From positions 16,330-80,329 of the forward strand of contig CAIRNS010000002.1 of NCBI GenBank assembly GCA_903880015.1: a stretch of DNA of 64,000 nucleotides. Direction: 5' to 3'. This DNA is from an uncultured Elusimicrobia bacterium. GTDB taxonomy: Bacteria; Elusimicrobiota; Endomicrobiia; Endomicrobiales; CAIRNS01. Below, one piece after another: positions 47,709 to 57,121 of this stretch. The position numbers and the translations under genes are program-made. Numbering within the stretch: position 1 is the first letter of the stretch; every line of letters begins with the position of its first letter. Below the pieces are notes generated by a model, which was given only the letters and a program-made list of their open reading frames with translations, did not search any database and was not told where the DNA came from.

Positions 47709-48313
47709 CAGGCAACGCCCAGGTGAATACTGGTGTTCACTGTAAAGTATTCGCGCGAGGCGTAAACAAAATGTGCACGCGCTTCCGGCACCAACTCAAG
47801 GGAGTTGCTGATTTTATATCCCCATCCGGCGGAGAGCGACACTCCGGGGGAATAACTGATATTTGACCGGGCGCCCGTAGCCGGGGTGTCGATGCGTATC
47901 CAATCGGCATATCCGCCAAAACCTATCCCGGCAAACAATGATGATGTGCACGAATCGTTCACGGGGAAAAAAAATACTTGGCTCAGCGCAATGTCAAACA
48001 TGTCTTCAGTCGTACCATACACGCCCGCCGGGAGTACCATCGGAAAATAGTCGACCGACACGCGCCAAGCGTAGCGAGACCACCAGTGACCCCCCAGCGA
48101 ACCCTGGGGAATGTAGAAATCGGCGCCGAAATACGGTGAGCTCCCGTAGCTGGGGAATCCTGATTGCAAAAGGTTTGTGCCGGCGTTGACAGACATGATA
48201 TACGAGCACTGTTTACCGAGAACACCGGGTGATTGGCGACAAAAAGCAGGACTGGAGAGAAAAAGAAAGACGCAGACAGCAACGGCGCTTGCAAGAGATG
48301 CAGATATCTTCAT
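47693..48313 (-). CDS. Small outer-membrane beta-barrel protein (OmpW/OmpA-barrel-like)
   Basis: 206-aa ORF with a signal peptide, alternating aromatic/hydrophobic strands and an aromatic-rich C-terminus (HLGVAWWFNQ). It overlaps the vWA gene by 16 nt. Confidence 0.5.
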   Translation of the reverse strand: MKISASLASAVAVCVFLFLSSPAFCRQSPGVLGKQCSYIMSVNAGTNLLQSGFPSYGSSPYFGADFYIPQGSLGGHWWSRYAWRVSVDYFPMVLPAGVYGTTEDMFDIALSQVFFFPVNDSCTSSLFAGIGFGGYADWIRIDTPATGARSNISYSPGVSLSAGWGYKISNSLELVPEARAHFVYASREYFTVNTSIHLGVAWWFNQ

Positions 48314-48366
48314 CGGTAACTTATTTTTGCATAAAATTTATTGTCTGTCAAACGGCGGGCGGCAGG

Positions 48367-48396
48367 TTGAAGTGCGGATTGTACTTATGATATAAT
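48367..48396 (+). promoter_or_regulatory. Aconitase promoter
   Basis: TTGAAG-N18-TATAAT, 40 nt upstream of the ATG. Confidence 0.45.
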
Positions 48397-48436
48397 TTTA
48401 TGAGTATTATGCGATTGCAAGAAAGGTGTCACTGCA

Positions 48437-50371
48437 ATGAATATAACGCACCACATCATTAACAACCATTTGCTGTCGGGGACCATGGAAGTCGGCCGGG
48501 AAATAGGGTTGCGCATTGACCAGACCTTGACGCAGGATGCGACGGGGACGATGGCGTATCTGCAATTTGAAGCGATGGGTATTGCGAAAGTGAAGACGGG
48601 ACTGTCCGTCAGTTATGTTGACCACAATACCCTGCAGACCGGCTTTGAGAATGCCGACGACCACCGCTTTTTGCAATCGATTGCCGCAAAGCATGGTATT
48701 CATTTTTCACGACCGGGCACCGGGATATGCCATCAGGTCCATCTCGAACGCTTCGGCATACCGGGCCAGACGCTGATCGGGTCCGATTCGCATACGCCGA
48801 CCGCCGGAGGGTTGGGCATGCTCGCCTTCGGAGCTGGCGGGCTCGATGTGGCGTGCGCGATGGCCGGCCAGCCATTTTATATAACCATGCCGAAAATCGT
48901 CGAAGTGCATCTGACCGGGAAACTCAAAGACTGGGTCAGCGCAAAAGATGTTATCCTCGAACTCTTGCGTCAGCTGTCCGTAAAGGGCGGCCGTGGTAAG
49001 ATATTTGAGTTTTCCGGACCGGGCGTCAAAACCCTCAGCGTACCCGAACGGGCTACCATCACCAATATGGGCGCGGAACTGGGCGCGACAACATCGATTT
49101 TTCCGTCAGACGAAGTAACAAAACACTTTTTTGCGCAACAAAAACGCGCAAGTTCATGGAAGGAATTAGTGCCCGGCCCTGCGGCAACATACGACGAAAA
49201 AATCACGATTGACATGGGCGCCCTTGAACCGCTGATTGCCCTGCCGCACAGCCCGGACAATGTCAAAAAAATAAAAACTGTTGCCGGAACTGCGGTTCAA
49301 CAAGTGGCGATAGGGTCATGCACCAATTCATCGCTGGCCGATTTAATGCTAGTCGCGCATATGCTTAAAGGAAAGAAAGTTCACCCGTCGGTTTCCCTCG
49401 TTATTTCGCCGGGGTCTCAGCAGGTGCTGGTTATGCTGGCGCAATCCGGCATGTTAGCGGACATCATCGCCAGCGGCGCGCGGATTCTGGAATGTGCCTG
49501 CGGGCCCTGCATCGGGATGGGGCAGGCACCGTCGAGCGGTGCCGTATCTTTGAGAACATTCAACCGCAATTTCGAAGGGCGCAGCGGCACCAAAGACGCA
49601 CAGGTGTATTTATGTTCCCCGCATGTCGCCGTTGCCGCCGCACTGGCCGGAGAAATAGTTGACCCCCGGAACTTTTTTGGCGCCGAGCCCTCAATTCAGG
49701 TGCCCTCAACCTTTTTTGTTGACCAATCCAGTATCTATGCGCCATCAAAAAGCCCAACGAAAACTGATATTCACCGGGGACCGAACATCACCGCATTGCC
49801 GCTGTTCCCGCCGATGGCTGACCGTATCGCTGGGACAGTGTTGTTGACGGTAGGCGATAATATCACCACAGACCATATTATGCCGGCGGGAGCAAAAGTT
49901 TTACCCCTCCGGTCTAACTTGCCGGCCATTGCCGAGCATACCTTTGCCCCCGTAGACAAAGATTTCGCCGCTCGCGCAAAAAAAGCGGGAGGCGGTGTCA
50001 TTGTTGCGGGCGACAACTACGGCCAGGGCTCTTCGCGTGAGCACGCCGCGCTGGCGCCCCGTTATCTGGGCGTCACAGCGGTGATAGCCAAATCGTTTGC
50101 GCGGATACATCTGGCAAACCTCATCAATTTCGGCATTGTGCCGTTGACCTTTGCCAACCCTGCCGACTATACGACCATCGAACAAGGCGCCGTACTGGAA
50201 ATGAACGATTTAATGGCAACCATAAAAAATAACGGTGCAATAAAGGCCTCGGTTGCGGGAACAAAAAAAGTTATCCTCCTGCAATTGTCGTTAACCGACC
50301 GGCAAAAAGAACTGTTGTTCGCCGGCGGACTGCTTAACTGGATTAAAGCGCAGTCGCCGGAAAAAAAGTGA
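48437..50371 (+). CDS. Aconitate hydratase (~640-aa aconitase-family protein with catalytic and swivel domains fused)
   Basis: DQTLTQDATG, GSDSHT, SCTNSS, CGPCIG and the C-terminal swivel motif GDNYGQGSSREHAA. Confidence 0.85.
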   Translation: MNITHHIINNHLLSGTMEVGREIGLRIDQTLTQDATGTMAYLQFEAMGIAKVKTGLSVSYVDHNTLQTGFENADDHRFLQSIAAKHGIHFSRPGTGICHQVHLERFGIPGQTLIGSDSHTPTAGGLGMLAFGAGGLDVACAMAGQPFYITMPKIVEVHLTGKLKDWVSAKDVILELLRQLSVKGGRGKIFEFSGPGVKTLSVPERATITNMGAELGATTSIFPSDEVTKHFFAQQKRASSWKELVPGPAATYDEKITIDMGALEPLIALPHSPDNVKKIKTVAGTAVQQVAIGSCTNSSLADLMLVAHMLKGKKVHPSVSLVISPGSQQVLVMLAQSGMLADIIASGARILECACGPCIGMGQAPSSGAVSLRTFNRNFEGRSGTKDAQVYLCSPHVAVAAALAGEIVDPRNFFGAEPSIQVPSTFFVDQSSIYAPSKSPTKTDIHRGPNITALPLFPPMADRIAGTVLLTVGDNITTDHIMPAGAKVLPLRSNLPAIAEHTFAPVDKDFAARAKKAGGGVIVAGDNYGQGSSREHAALAPRYLGVTAVIAKSFARIHLANLINFGIVPLTFANPADYTTIEQGAVLEMNDLMATIKNNGAIKASVAGTKKVILLQLSLTDRQKELLFAGGLLNWIKAQSPEKK

Positions 50372-50380
50372 GGGCTTGTT

Positions 50381-51640
50381 ATGGAAGATATTAAGCAATC
50401 AGTAGTCCGTCAGGCAATGGCGGCAAAAACGGCAAGCAGGAAACTTGCCCTGCTATCCACTGAACAAAAAAATGCCATTCTACTGGCAATGGCTGACGCG
50501 CTGGACGCGCAGAAAGAAAACATTATTTTTCATAATGAAATTGATGTTGATGCCGCCAAAGAAACGGGGTTGGCGGCGGCGTTAATCGACCGTTTAACGC
50601 TCACTGAGCGGCGCATCAGCGAAATGGCACAGGGGCTGCGCGCGGTGGCTGCGCAAGCTGATCCCATTGGCGGAATTGTTGAGGATTGGACGCCGCCTTC
50701 GGGCATTCATATCACCCAGGTGCGCGTACCGCTGGGCGTAATCGCCATGATTTATGAGTCCCGCCCGAATGTGACGGTAGATGCGGCAGGATTATGCTTA
50801 AAAGCGGGCAACGCCGTTATTTTACGCGGCGGTTCTGAAGCGATCAATTCAAACCATATGCTCATTAAAATTATTACGGTTGCCGCGGCGGCGGCGGGAC
50901 TCCCTGATGGAGCCATACAGTTTATGGAAACTACTGACCGACAGGCGGTCGCCGAAATAATAAAGCTCGACCAGCTGATAGACCTCGTTATTCCCCGCGG
51001 CGGAGAAGAAATGATTCGGGACATACGGCAAAACGCAACCGTCCCGGTTCTTGCGCACGGCAAGGGCTTGTGCCACACCTACATTGACAAAGCGGCCGAT
51101 GCGGCTATGGCGAAAAAAATTGCCGTAAACGCCAAATGCCAGCGGCCCGGCGTTTGCAACGCCATGGAAACACTGTTAGTACATGCAGATATCGCCCCAC
51201 GACTGTTACCGGAACTGTTTGATTTGTATGTTCAGGCGGGTGTAGAAGTACGCGGCGATAAAAGCGCGAGGGCCATCGTTCCGGCAATGAAGGAAGCCAC
51301 TGAAGTTGACTGGTCAACAGAATATCTGGAACTGATTTTATCAATAAAAATCGTTGCCTCCCTTGATGACGCTATTCATCACATCAACCGGCACGGCTCC
51401 GGCCATTCTGAAGCGATTATTACCGGCGACTCCGAAGCCGCACGGCGATTTCTCAGCGAAGTGGATGCCGCGGCTATTTTTCACAACGCATCCACCCGCA
51501 TGCACGACGGCTCGGTATTCGGGCTGGGAGCGGAAATCGGTATTTCAACCCAAAAACTCCACGCCCGCGGCACCATGGGCGTCAAAGAGCTGACAACAAC
51601 AAAATACCTCGTATACGGCACGGGCAATATCAGAGAATAG
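50381..51640 (+). CDS. proA: Glutamate-5-semialdehyde dehydrogenase (gamma-glutamyl phosphate reductase)
   Basis: 419-aa ORF with IYESRPNVT, GNAVILRGGSEA, CNAMETLLVH and HGSGHSEAI. Confidence 0.9.
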   Translation: MEDIKQSVVRQAMAAKTASRKLALLSTEQKNAILLAMADALDAQKENIIFHNEIDVDAAKETGLAAALIDRLTLTERRISEMAQGLRAVAAQADPIGGIVEDWTPPSGIHITQVRVPLGVIAMIYESRPNVTVDAAGLCLKAGNAVILRGGSEAINSNHMLIKIITVAAAAAGLPDGAIQFMETTDRQAVAEIIKLDQLIDLVIPRGGEEMIRDIRQNATVPVLAHGKGLCHTYIDKAADAAMAKKIAVNAKCQRPGVCNAMETLLVHADIAPRLLPELFDLYVQAGVEVRGDKSARAIVPAMKEATEVDWSTEYLELILSIKIVASLDDAIHHINRHGSGHSEAIITGDSEAARRFLSEVDAAAIFHNASTRMHDGSVFGLGAEIGISTQKLHARGTMGVKELTTTKYLVYGTGNIRE

Positions 51641-51735
51641 CGGGCATGTATAGCTTCTAACAACTCGCTTAACTGAGAAGATACGCATATCGCTATTTGC
51701 AATCGTGCACTATTTGTTATAAAATGAATTTCGCT

Positions 51736-51987
51736 ATGAAAAAGTGGTGTCTGCTTATATCATTCTTTATGATTTTCCCGTCGCTCTGTCTGTGTATGCA
51801 AACGCAACCCCTGATTAGCGATTCAGGGTGTGTGAGCTACTTAGAATCAGAAGACAGCTCTGTTTCTATTGTTATCCCTGGATTAACAACCCCCTTACTT
51901 GAAAAAACTTCCTGTGTTTATTGCGATACTGTGCCTGAATATACGCAATTCATCAATACCATTGACCCCCCTCCTGTAATCATCTAG
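51736..51987 (+). CDS. Hypothetical small Cys-rich secreted protein
   Basis: MKKWCLLISFFMIFPSLCLC looks like a signal peptide. There is no recognisable domain, and the call rests on ORF evidence only. Confidence 0.25.
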   Translation: MKKWCLLISFFMIFPSLCLCMQTQPLISDSGCVSYLESEDSSVSIVIPGLTTPLLEKTSCVYCDTVPEYTQFINTIDPPPVII

Positions 51988-52099
51988 TACATTCCCAAGA
52001 TTAAGCTTGATTTTGCAACAATACCATTCTTTGTTTTTCTATGCGGCCACTCCGCATGGTTTTATCTGTACCTGAAAAATTATTACTAAAGAGACTATC

Positions 52100-54667
52100 A
52101 TGACTATCACTGCACAAACAGCACCGTATCAGGGCCTTACAAAAACCGAAGCCGAAGCTCGGCTTGCTGCAAACGGCTATAATGAACTCCCGTCTGCAAA
52201 AAAAAGGAATATTTGGCTTATTGCTTTTTCCGTGCTCAAAGAGCCGATGTTCCTTCTTCTAGTGGCCTGCGGTGCCATATATATGATACTGGGCGATGTG
52301 CAGGAAGCTCTGATACTGCTCGGATTTGTTTTTGTCATCATGGCAATAACATTTTATCAGGAACGGAAAACGGAAAGAGCGCTTGAAGCATTGCGTGATT
52401 TATCAAGCCCGCGGGCATCGGTTATTCGGGATGGAATGAAACTGAAGATCCCCGGCAGAGAAGTCGTGTGTGGCGATATTATAATACTATCTGAGGGAGA
52501 TAGAATCCCTGCTGATGCTGTCATACGGGAAGCATTAAACCTCTCGGTTGACGAATCGCTCTTGACAGGAGAGTCCGTCCCTGTATCAAAATACCCCGCT
52601 GAAACAAATACCCATACGGGTGAAGCCGTTAAACCCGGCGGGGACAATCAGCCGTATGTATTTTCGGGGACTCTTGTTGTTTCAGGCCAAGGATATGCAA
52701 CAGTTCATGCTACCGGCGTTCATGCCGAAATTGGCAAAATAGGCAAATCACTACAATCAATAGAAGAAGAAGATACCCTCCTTAAGAAAGATGTTTCGCG
52801 GACCGTTAAAATTGTCGGCATAACTGCCGGGCTCCTTTGTTTGATTGTCATAACGGTCTACGGGTTGACGCGGGCTGACTGGATAGGCGGTTTTCTTGCG
52901 GGGCTTACGCTTGCAATGGCAATGATACCTGAAGAATTCCCCGTTGTGCTTACGATATTTCTTTCATTAGGTGCCTGGCGGATATCCCAAAAAAGGGTTT
53001 TGACCAGAAGAATCCCCGCAGTTGAAACGCTCGGCGCCGCAACGGTGCTGTGTGTTGACAAGACAGGAACGCTCACCATTAATAAAATGAAGGTCCGGAA
53101 ACTCTGTGTACATGAAGTACTATACGACACAATCATTACCAACAATAAAGAATTGCATGAGAACTGTCATGCGATTGTTGAATATGGGACGCTGGCAAGC
53201 CAATCTGACCCGTTTGACCCGATGGAAAAAGCAATCAGGGAGCTAAGCGATATATACCTAAAAGATACGGACCATGTGCATTATGATGGGGAAATGGTAC
53301 AGGAGTATTCTTTGTCAAAAAACCTGCTTGCTATGTCCCGTGTTTGGAAACGCCAGGGAAGCGCAGACTACATCATAGCGGCAAAAGGCGCGCCGGAGGC
53401 AATTGCTGATCTTTGCCATTTAGATGCGCAAGCAATGGCAACGCTCAAACTATCCATAGAAAAAATGGCTGATGAAGGATTGAGGGTTTTAGGCGTTGCC
53501 TGGGCGCATTTTAAACCGTCCGTTCTCCCCAAAGAACAGCATGGGTTCGATTTCAAATTTGAAGGCCTCATCGGGCTTGCGGACCCTATTCGCGAGCAGG
53601 TCCCGGCTGCAATAAAGGAATGCTATCAGGCAGGGGTGCGGGTGATAATGATAACCGGTGATTACCCGGGCACGGCAAGAAATATCGCTTCCCATATAGG
53701 CCTTAAGAATATTTCTAGTTGTGTCACCGGACCCGAGCTTGACGCTATGAGCGACAGCGATCTGGCGACACGAGCAAAGGATACCAATATTTTTGCCCGG
53801 GTTGTTCCTGAGCAGAAGCTGCGCATTGTCAATGTCTTAAAAAGTTCGGGTGAAATTGTTGCCATGACGGGCGACGGCGTCAATGATGCGCCGGCGCTGA
53901 AATCGGCACACATCGGCATAGCCATGGGCGGGCGAGGCACGGATGTGGCCAGGGAATCGTCCTCGCTTGTTTTATTGGACGATGATTTTATGTCCATCGT
54001 CGCGGCTGTCAGGATGGGCAGGCGCATTTTTGATAATTTGAAAAAAGCGATTTCTTACATACTGGCGATACATGTTCCCATCGCGGGGTTAAGCCTGTTT
54101 GCGGTTATCTTCAAATGGCCTTTAATACTTTTTCCCATTCATGTAGTATTTCTTGAGCTCATCATTGATCCTGCCTGTTCGTTGGTGTTTGAAGCAGAAA
54201 AGGAAGAAAAAGGCGTTATGTCCCGACCACCGAGAAATATTAAAGAACCGCTTTTTTCCCTTGCTACGGTAGCGTATAGTTTAGTGCAGGGATCGGTTCT
54301 CCTCTTGGTCGTTGCCGGCGTATTTGTCATTTCACAACAACTGGGCGAAAGCGTTGAAACAGCGCGTGCCCTTGCGTTTACGACATTGATTGTCGGAAAT
54401 CTTGGCTTAATTATATGTAACCGGTCATGGGTTCTTGCTCTTCCGGCTATCATTCGGCAGAAAAATCCGGCTTTGGTATGGATAACAACGGGTGCGGTTA
54501 TTTTTATGCTGCTCAGCATTGAAGTTCCTTTTTTAAAAAATCTTTTCAAATTCGGCACACTCCATGCCGTTGACTTAGGATTATGTTTCGTTGCCGGCGT
54601 GACCAGTGTCCTGGCGTTTGAAATGATAAAAGCACTACGAAGACATCAAAGAAATAACACTATATAG
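52100..54667 (+). CDS. P-type cation-transporting ATPase (P2/Ca2+-type)
   Basis: 855-aa ORF with TGES, the phosphorylation motif CVDKTGTLT, and MITGD and GDGVNDAPALK, with ten predicted TM segments. Confidence 0.9.
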   Translation: MTITAQTAPYQGLTKTEAEARLAANGYNELPSAKKRNIWLIAFSVLKEPMFLLLVACGAIYMILGDVQEALILLGFVFVIMAITFYQERKTERALEALRDLSSPRASVIRDGMKLKIPGREVVCGDIIILSEGDRIPADAVIREALNLSVDESLLTGESVPVSKYPAETNTHTGEAVKPGGDNQPYVFSGTLVVSGQGYATVHATGVHAEIGKIGKSLQSIEEEDTLLKKDVSRTVKIVGITAGLLCLIVITVYGLTRADWIGGFLAGLTLAMAMIPEEFPVVLTIFLSLGAWRISQKRVLTRRIPAVETLGAATVLCVDKTGTLTINKMKVRKLCVHEVLYDTIITNNKELHENCHAIVEYGTLASQSDPFDPMEKAIRELSDIYLKDTDHVHYDGEMVQEYSLSKNLLAMSRVWKRQGSADYIIAAKGAPEAIADLCHLDAQAMATLKLSIEKMADEGLRVLGVAWAHFKPSVLPKEQHGFDFKFEGLIGLADPIREQVPAAIKECYQAGVRVIMITGDYPGTARNIASHIGLKNISSCVTGPELDAMSDSDLATRAKDTNIFARVVPEQKLRIVNVLKSSGEIVAMTGDGVNDAPALKSAHIGIAMGGRGTDVARESSSLVLLDDDFMSIVAAVRMGRRIFDNLKKAISYILAIHVPIAGLSLFAVIFKWPLILFPIHVVFLELIIDPACSLVFEAEKEEKGVMSRPPRNIKEPLFSLATVAYSLVQGSVLLLVVAGVFVISQQLGESVETARALAFTTLIVGNLGLIICNRSWVLALPAIIRQKNPALVWITTGAVIFMLLSIEVPFLKNLFKFGTLHAVDLGLCFVAGVTSVLAFEMIKALRRHQRNNTI

Positions 54668-54675
54668 GAGCATAT

Positions 54676-55599
54676 ATGCCGACTGCGAGCTGGGTTTTTT
54701 TCAACATATTTGTCATCATTTTGCTTTTGTTAGATCTTGGCGTATTCCATAAAGGCAACCGTGTCATAAGCATAAAAGAGTCATTGGTGTGGAGCATCGT
54801 CTGGACAGCAGTTGCCGTGGCTTTCAATGGCGGGCTCTATCTATTGAGCGGTAGTGAAAAGGCTCTTGAATTCTTAACCGTGTATATCGTTGAACGGTCT
54901 TTAAGCGTTGACAACATATTTGTGTTTATACTGGTATTTTCATATTTCAGGGTCAGGCCGGAATATCAGTATAAAATACTCTTCTGGGGGATAATCGGCG
55001 CGCTGGTCATGAGAGCTCTTTTTATCATTGCGGGCGTTGCCTTAATAGCGCAGTTTCACTGGTTGATATATATATTCGGCGGTTTGCTGGTTTATATCGG
55101 CATTAAGATGTGGTCCGGCGACAACAAGGAAATACATCCGGAAAATAATATAGTACTAAAGATATTTAAAAAACTTGTCCCCGTGACTGACGAAAATCCG
55201 GATGGCAGCTTTATTGTCACCAATGGCGGCAAATATTTTGCAACCCCTCTTTTTCTGGTACTTTTGGTTATTGAAACAACGGATATTATATTTGCCGTTG
55301 ATTCAATCCCGGCGGCACTGGCAATTTCAACGGATTCATTTATCATTTACTCAGCCAATGTGTTTGCGATATTGGGACTGAGAGCTCTATACTTTGCCGT
55401 GGCAGGGTGTATGGGTATGTTTAAATACCTACAGCACGGGCTCGCGATAGTGCTTTCATTTGTGGGCGTTAAAATGTTGCTCACGGATATCTATAAAATT
55501 TCTATATCGGTTTCGTTGGGATTTATAGCATGTGTCATTGGCGTTTCTATTATTCTTTCATTTATCCACAATAAAAAAGAGGCCCATTATGCGCAGTAA
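54676..55599 (+). CDS. TerC-family integral membrane protein
   Basis: 307-aa polytopic ORF with paired ERSLSVDNIFVF and TDIIFAVDSIPA motifs. AGGAG lies upstream. Confidence 0.85.
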   Translation: MPTASWVFFNIFVIILLLLDLGVFHKGNRVISIKESLVWSIVWTAVAVAFNGGLYLLSGSEKALEFLTVYIVERSLSVDNIFVFILVFSYFRVRPEYQYKILFWGIIGALVMRALFIIAGVALIAQFHWLIYIFGGLLVYIGIKMWSGDNKEIHPENNIVLKIFKKLVPVTDENPDGSFIVTNGGKYFATPLFLVLLVIETTDIIFAVDSIPAALAISTDSFIIYSANVFAILGLRALYFAVAGCMGMFKYLQHGLAIVLSFVGVKMLLTDIYKISISVSLGFIACVIGVSIILSFIHNKKEAHYAQ

Positions 55600-55690
55600 A
55601 AAATTAGTGCCGCGTATTGTCATCGCTTTACTATGCGGGTTCTTCGCTGTCAGTTTATATATCATAGGAACCGCTTTGATGATCAGGTAA
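55589..55690 (+). CDS. Candidate 33-aa single-pass membrane micro-protein (below the ORF-track cutoff)
   Basis: ATG at 55589 with AAGAGG 7 nt upstream. The sequence is MRSKKLVPRIVIALLCGFFAVSLYIIGTALMIR with a TAA stop at 55688-55690, and it overlaps the terC stop by 11 nt. Confidence 0.35.
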   Translation: MRSKKLVPRIVIALLCGFFAVSLYIIGTALMIR

Positions 55691-55722
55691 TGCAACAATT
55701 CTGACAGAATGGGAGGCGAGAC

Positions 55723-56289
55723 ATGAACAGCATGGCAAGAAGGATAGAAGATCAATTCTTTTACAAAATGGACCAAGAATTACTCAGGGAGCAAAAAGCA
55801 TTAATGCAGATGGAAAAAACAAAAAAAGAGATTAAAGAAGTTTCCGGAATACACGATGAAGGCGTTTTACTGAAACTGGTAGCGCTCAACATCCGACCTG
55901 AAACCGTGGTTTCCCTGGCACTCATCCCTTTGGTGGAAGTTGCGTGGGCGAACGGGTCGATAGGCAAAAAAGAAAAAGCTGCGACACTGACTGCCGTTAA
56001 CAGATTGGGCTGGGCAAAAGAAAGCATCGATTATACTCTGCTGGAACGCTGGCTGGAACATAAACCTGACCTCTCTTTACTAAGAGCATGGATTGATTAT
56101 GTCGGACACATATGCACAAAAATGAATGGTGATGAGATTACGAAATTGAAAACAGAGATAATGTCGAATGCCAGAATGATTGCAAATGTAAGCGGCGGCA
56201 TATTGGGCATAGGAAACATATCCCGCCAGGAAAAGGAAATTTTGATGATTATTGAGAATGCTTTTGTAACTGCTAACGGAGGGGAATAA
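55723..56289 (+). CDS. TerB-like (tellurite-resistance TerB fold) cytoplasmic protein
   Basis: 188-aa ORF. LIPLVEVAWANGSIGKKEKA and SGGILGIGNISRQEKEIL resemble the VAWADG-type TerB-family proteins as I remember them. This has not been confirmed by any search. Confidence 0.45.
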   Translation: MNSMARRIEDQFFYKMDQELLREQKALMQMEKTKKEIKEVSGIHDEGVLLKLVALNIRPETVVSLALIPLVEVAWANGSIGKKEKAATLTAVNRLGWAKESIDYTLLERWLEHKPDLSLLRAWIDYVGHICTKMNGDEITKLKTEIMSNARMIANVSGGILGIGNISRQEKEILMIIENAFVTANGGE

Positions 56290-56966
56290 TGTTTGAAGCG
56301 ATTGTAGAAGTTTTGCTTCATGGTGACCAGTATTTGAATGTTTTTGTCAATCATTACGGCTTTTGGTCCTATGTAATCCTTTTCTTAATTATTTTTATTG
56401 AAACGGGGTTAGTGGTGATGCCGTTCTTACCGGGCGATTCTTTGCTTTTTGCCGTTGGCGCTTTGGCTGCCGCCGGAACGCTTGATGTTGTATGGATAAT
56501 AACCATACTGTCCTTTGCGGGAATCATGGGGGACAGCGTGAACTATGCTGTCGGAAAATATTGCGGGAATCGCATCCTCAACACCACGCTCGGCCGCTTC
56601 ATTAAAAAGGACCATTTGGAGCGAACGCATAGTTTTTTTGAAAAGTTCGGGGGAAAAACGATTGTCCTTGCCAGGTTCGTTCCCATCATCAGAACTCTTG
56701 CTCCGTTTGTTGCGGGCATTGGCAAGATGAGCTATCCGAAATTTGCGGTCTACAATATACTGGGAGGCATTCTGTGGGTTGCCTCGCTCATTTTGGCGGG
56801 TTATTTTTTCGGCACTATCGGGATTGTAAAGGAAAATTTTGCCTTGGTAATCCTTGGTATTATTTTTATTTCTTTGCTTCCGGGCATCATTGAGTACGCT
56901 CGGCATATTCTCTCTAAAAAGGCTGCCAAGATGCAATGCCGCTCCGTTTCGGATGCCATAGAGTAG
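56289..56966 (+). CDS. DedA-family membrane protein
   Basis: 225-aa ORF with FIETGLVVMPFLPGDSLLFAVGALAA, GKTIVLARFVPIIRTLAPFVAG and a TAATG overlap with the upstream gene. Confidence 0.85.
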   Translation: MFEAIVEVLLHGDQYLNVFVNHYGFWSYVILFLIIFIETGLVVMPFLPGDSLLFAVGALAAAGTLDVVWIITILSFAGIMGDSVNYAVGKYCGNRILNTTLGRFIKKDHLERTHSFFEKFGGKTIVLARFVPIIRTLAPFVAGIGKMSYPKFAVYNILGGILWVASLILAGYFFGTIGIVKENFALVILGIIFISLLPGIIEYARHILSKKAAKMQCRSVSDAIE

Positions 56967-57121
56967 AACACCGTTTGAATTTTTTTTTCTGATAAGTTAT
57001 ATTATTATCAGCGTCAGAAAAACAATGAAACCAATCAATCTTGGCATTGGCATGTATTATATCAACAGGGCATAAACCACATACCGTGCAGCTGTTGAAA
57101 ACTTTTACAGGAGGGCATGTT

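Noticed and set aside
51988-52099. Search for a yybP-ykoY (Mn) or other riboswitch ahead of the P-ATPase/terC genes. I also looked for SAM or B12 riboswitches near the metH genes (23896-24113, 24765-24911).
   Set aside because: I could not recognise any of the conserved cores by eye. The region shows only a short ATGCGG-N5-CCGCAT hairpin. A covariance-model scan would be needed to exclude them formally.
56984-57024. Hairpin after dedA, considered as a terminator.
   Set aside because: The stems are AT-rich and mutually exclusive (CTGATAA/TTATCAG versus TTTTCTGA/TCAGAAAA). The T-run precedes the stem rather than following it on the coding strand.
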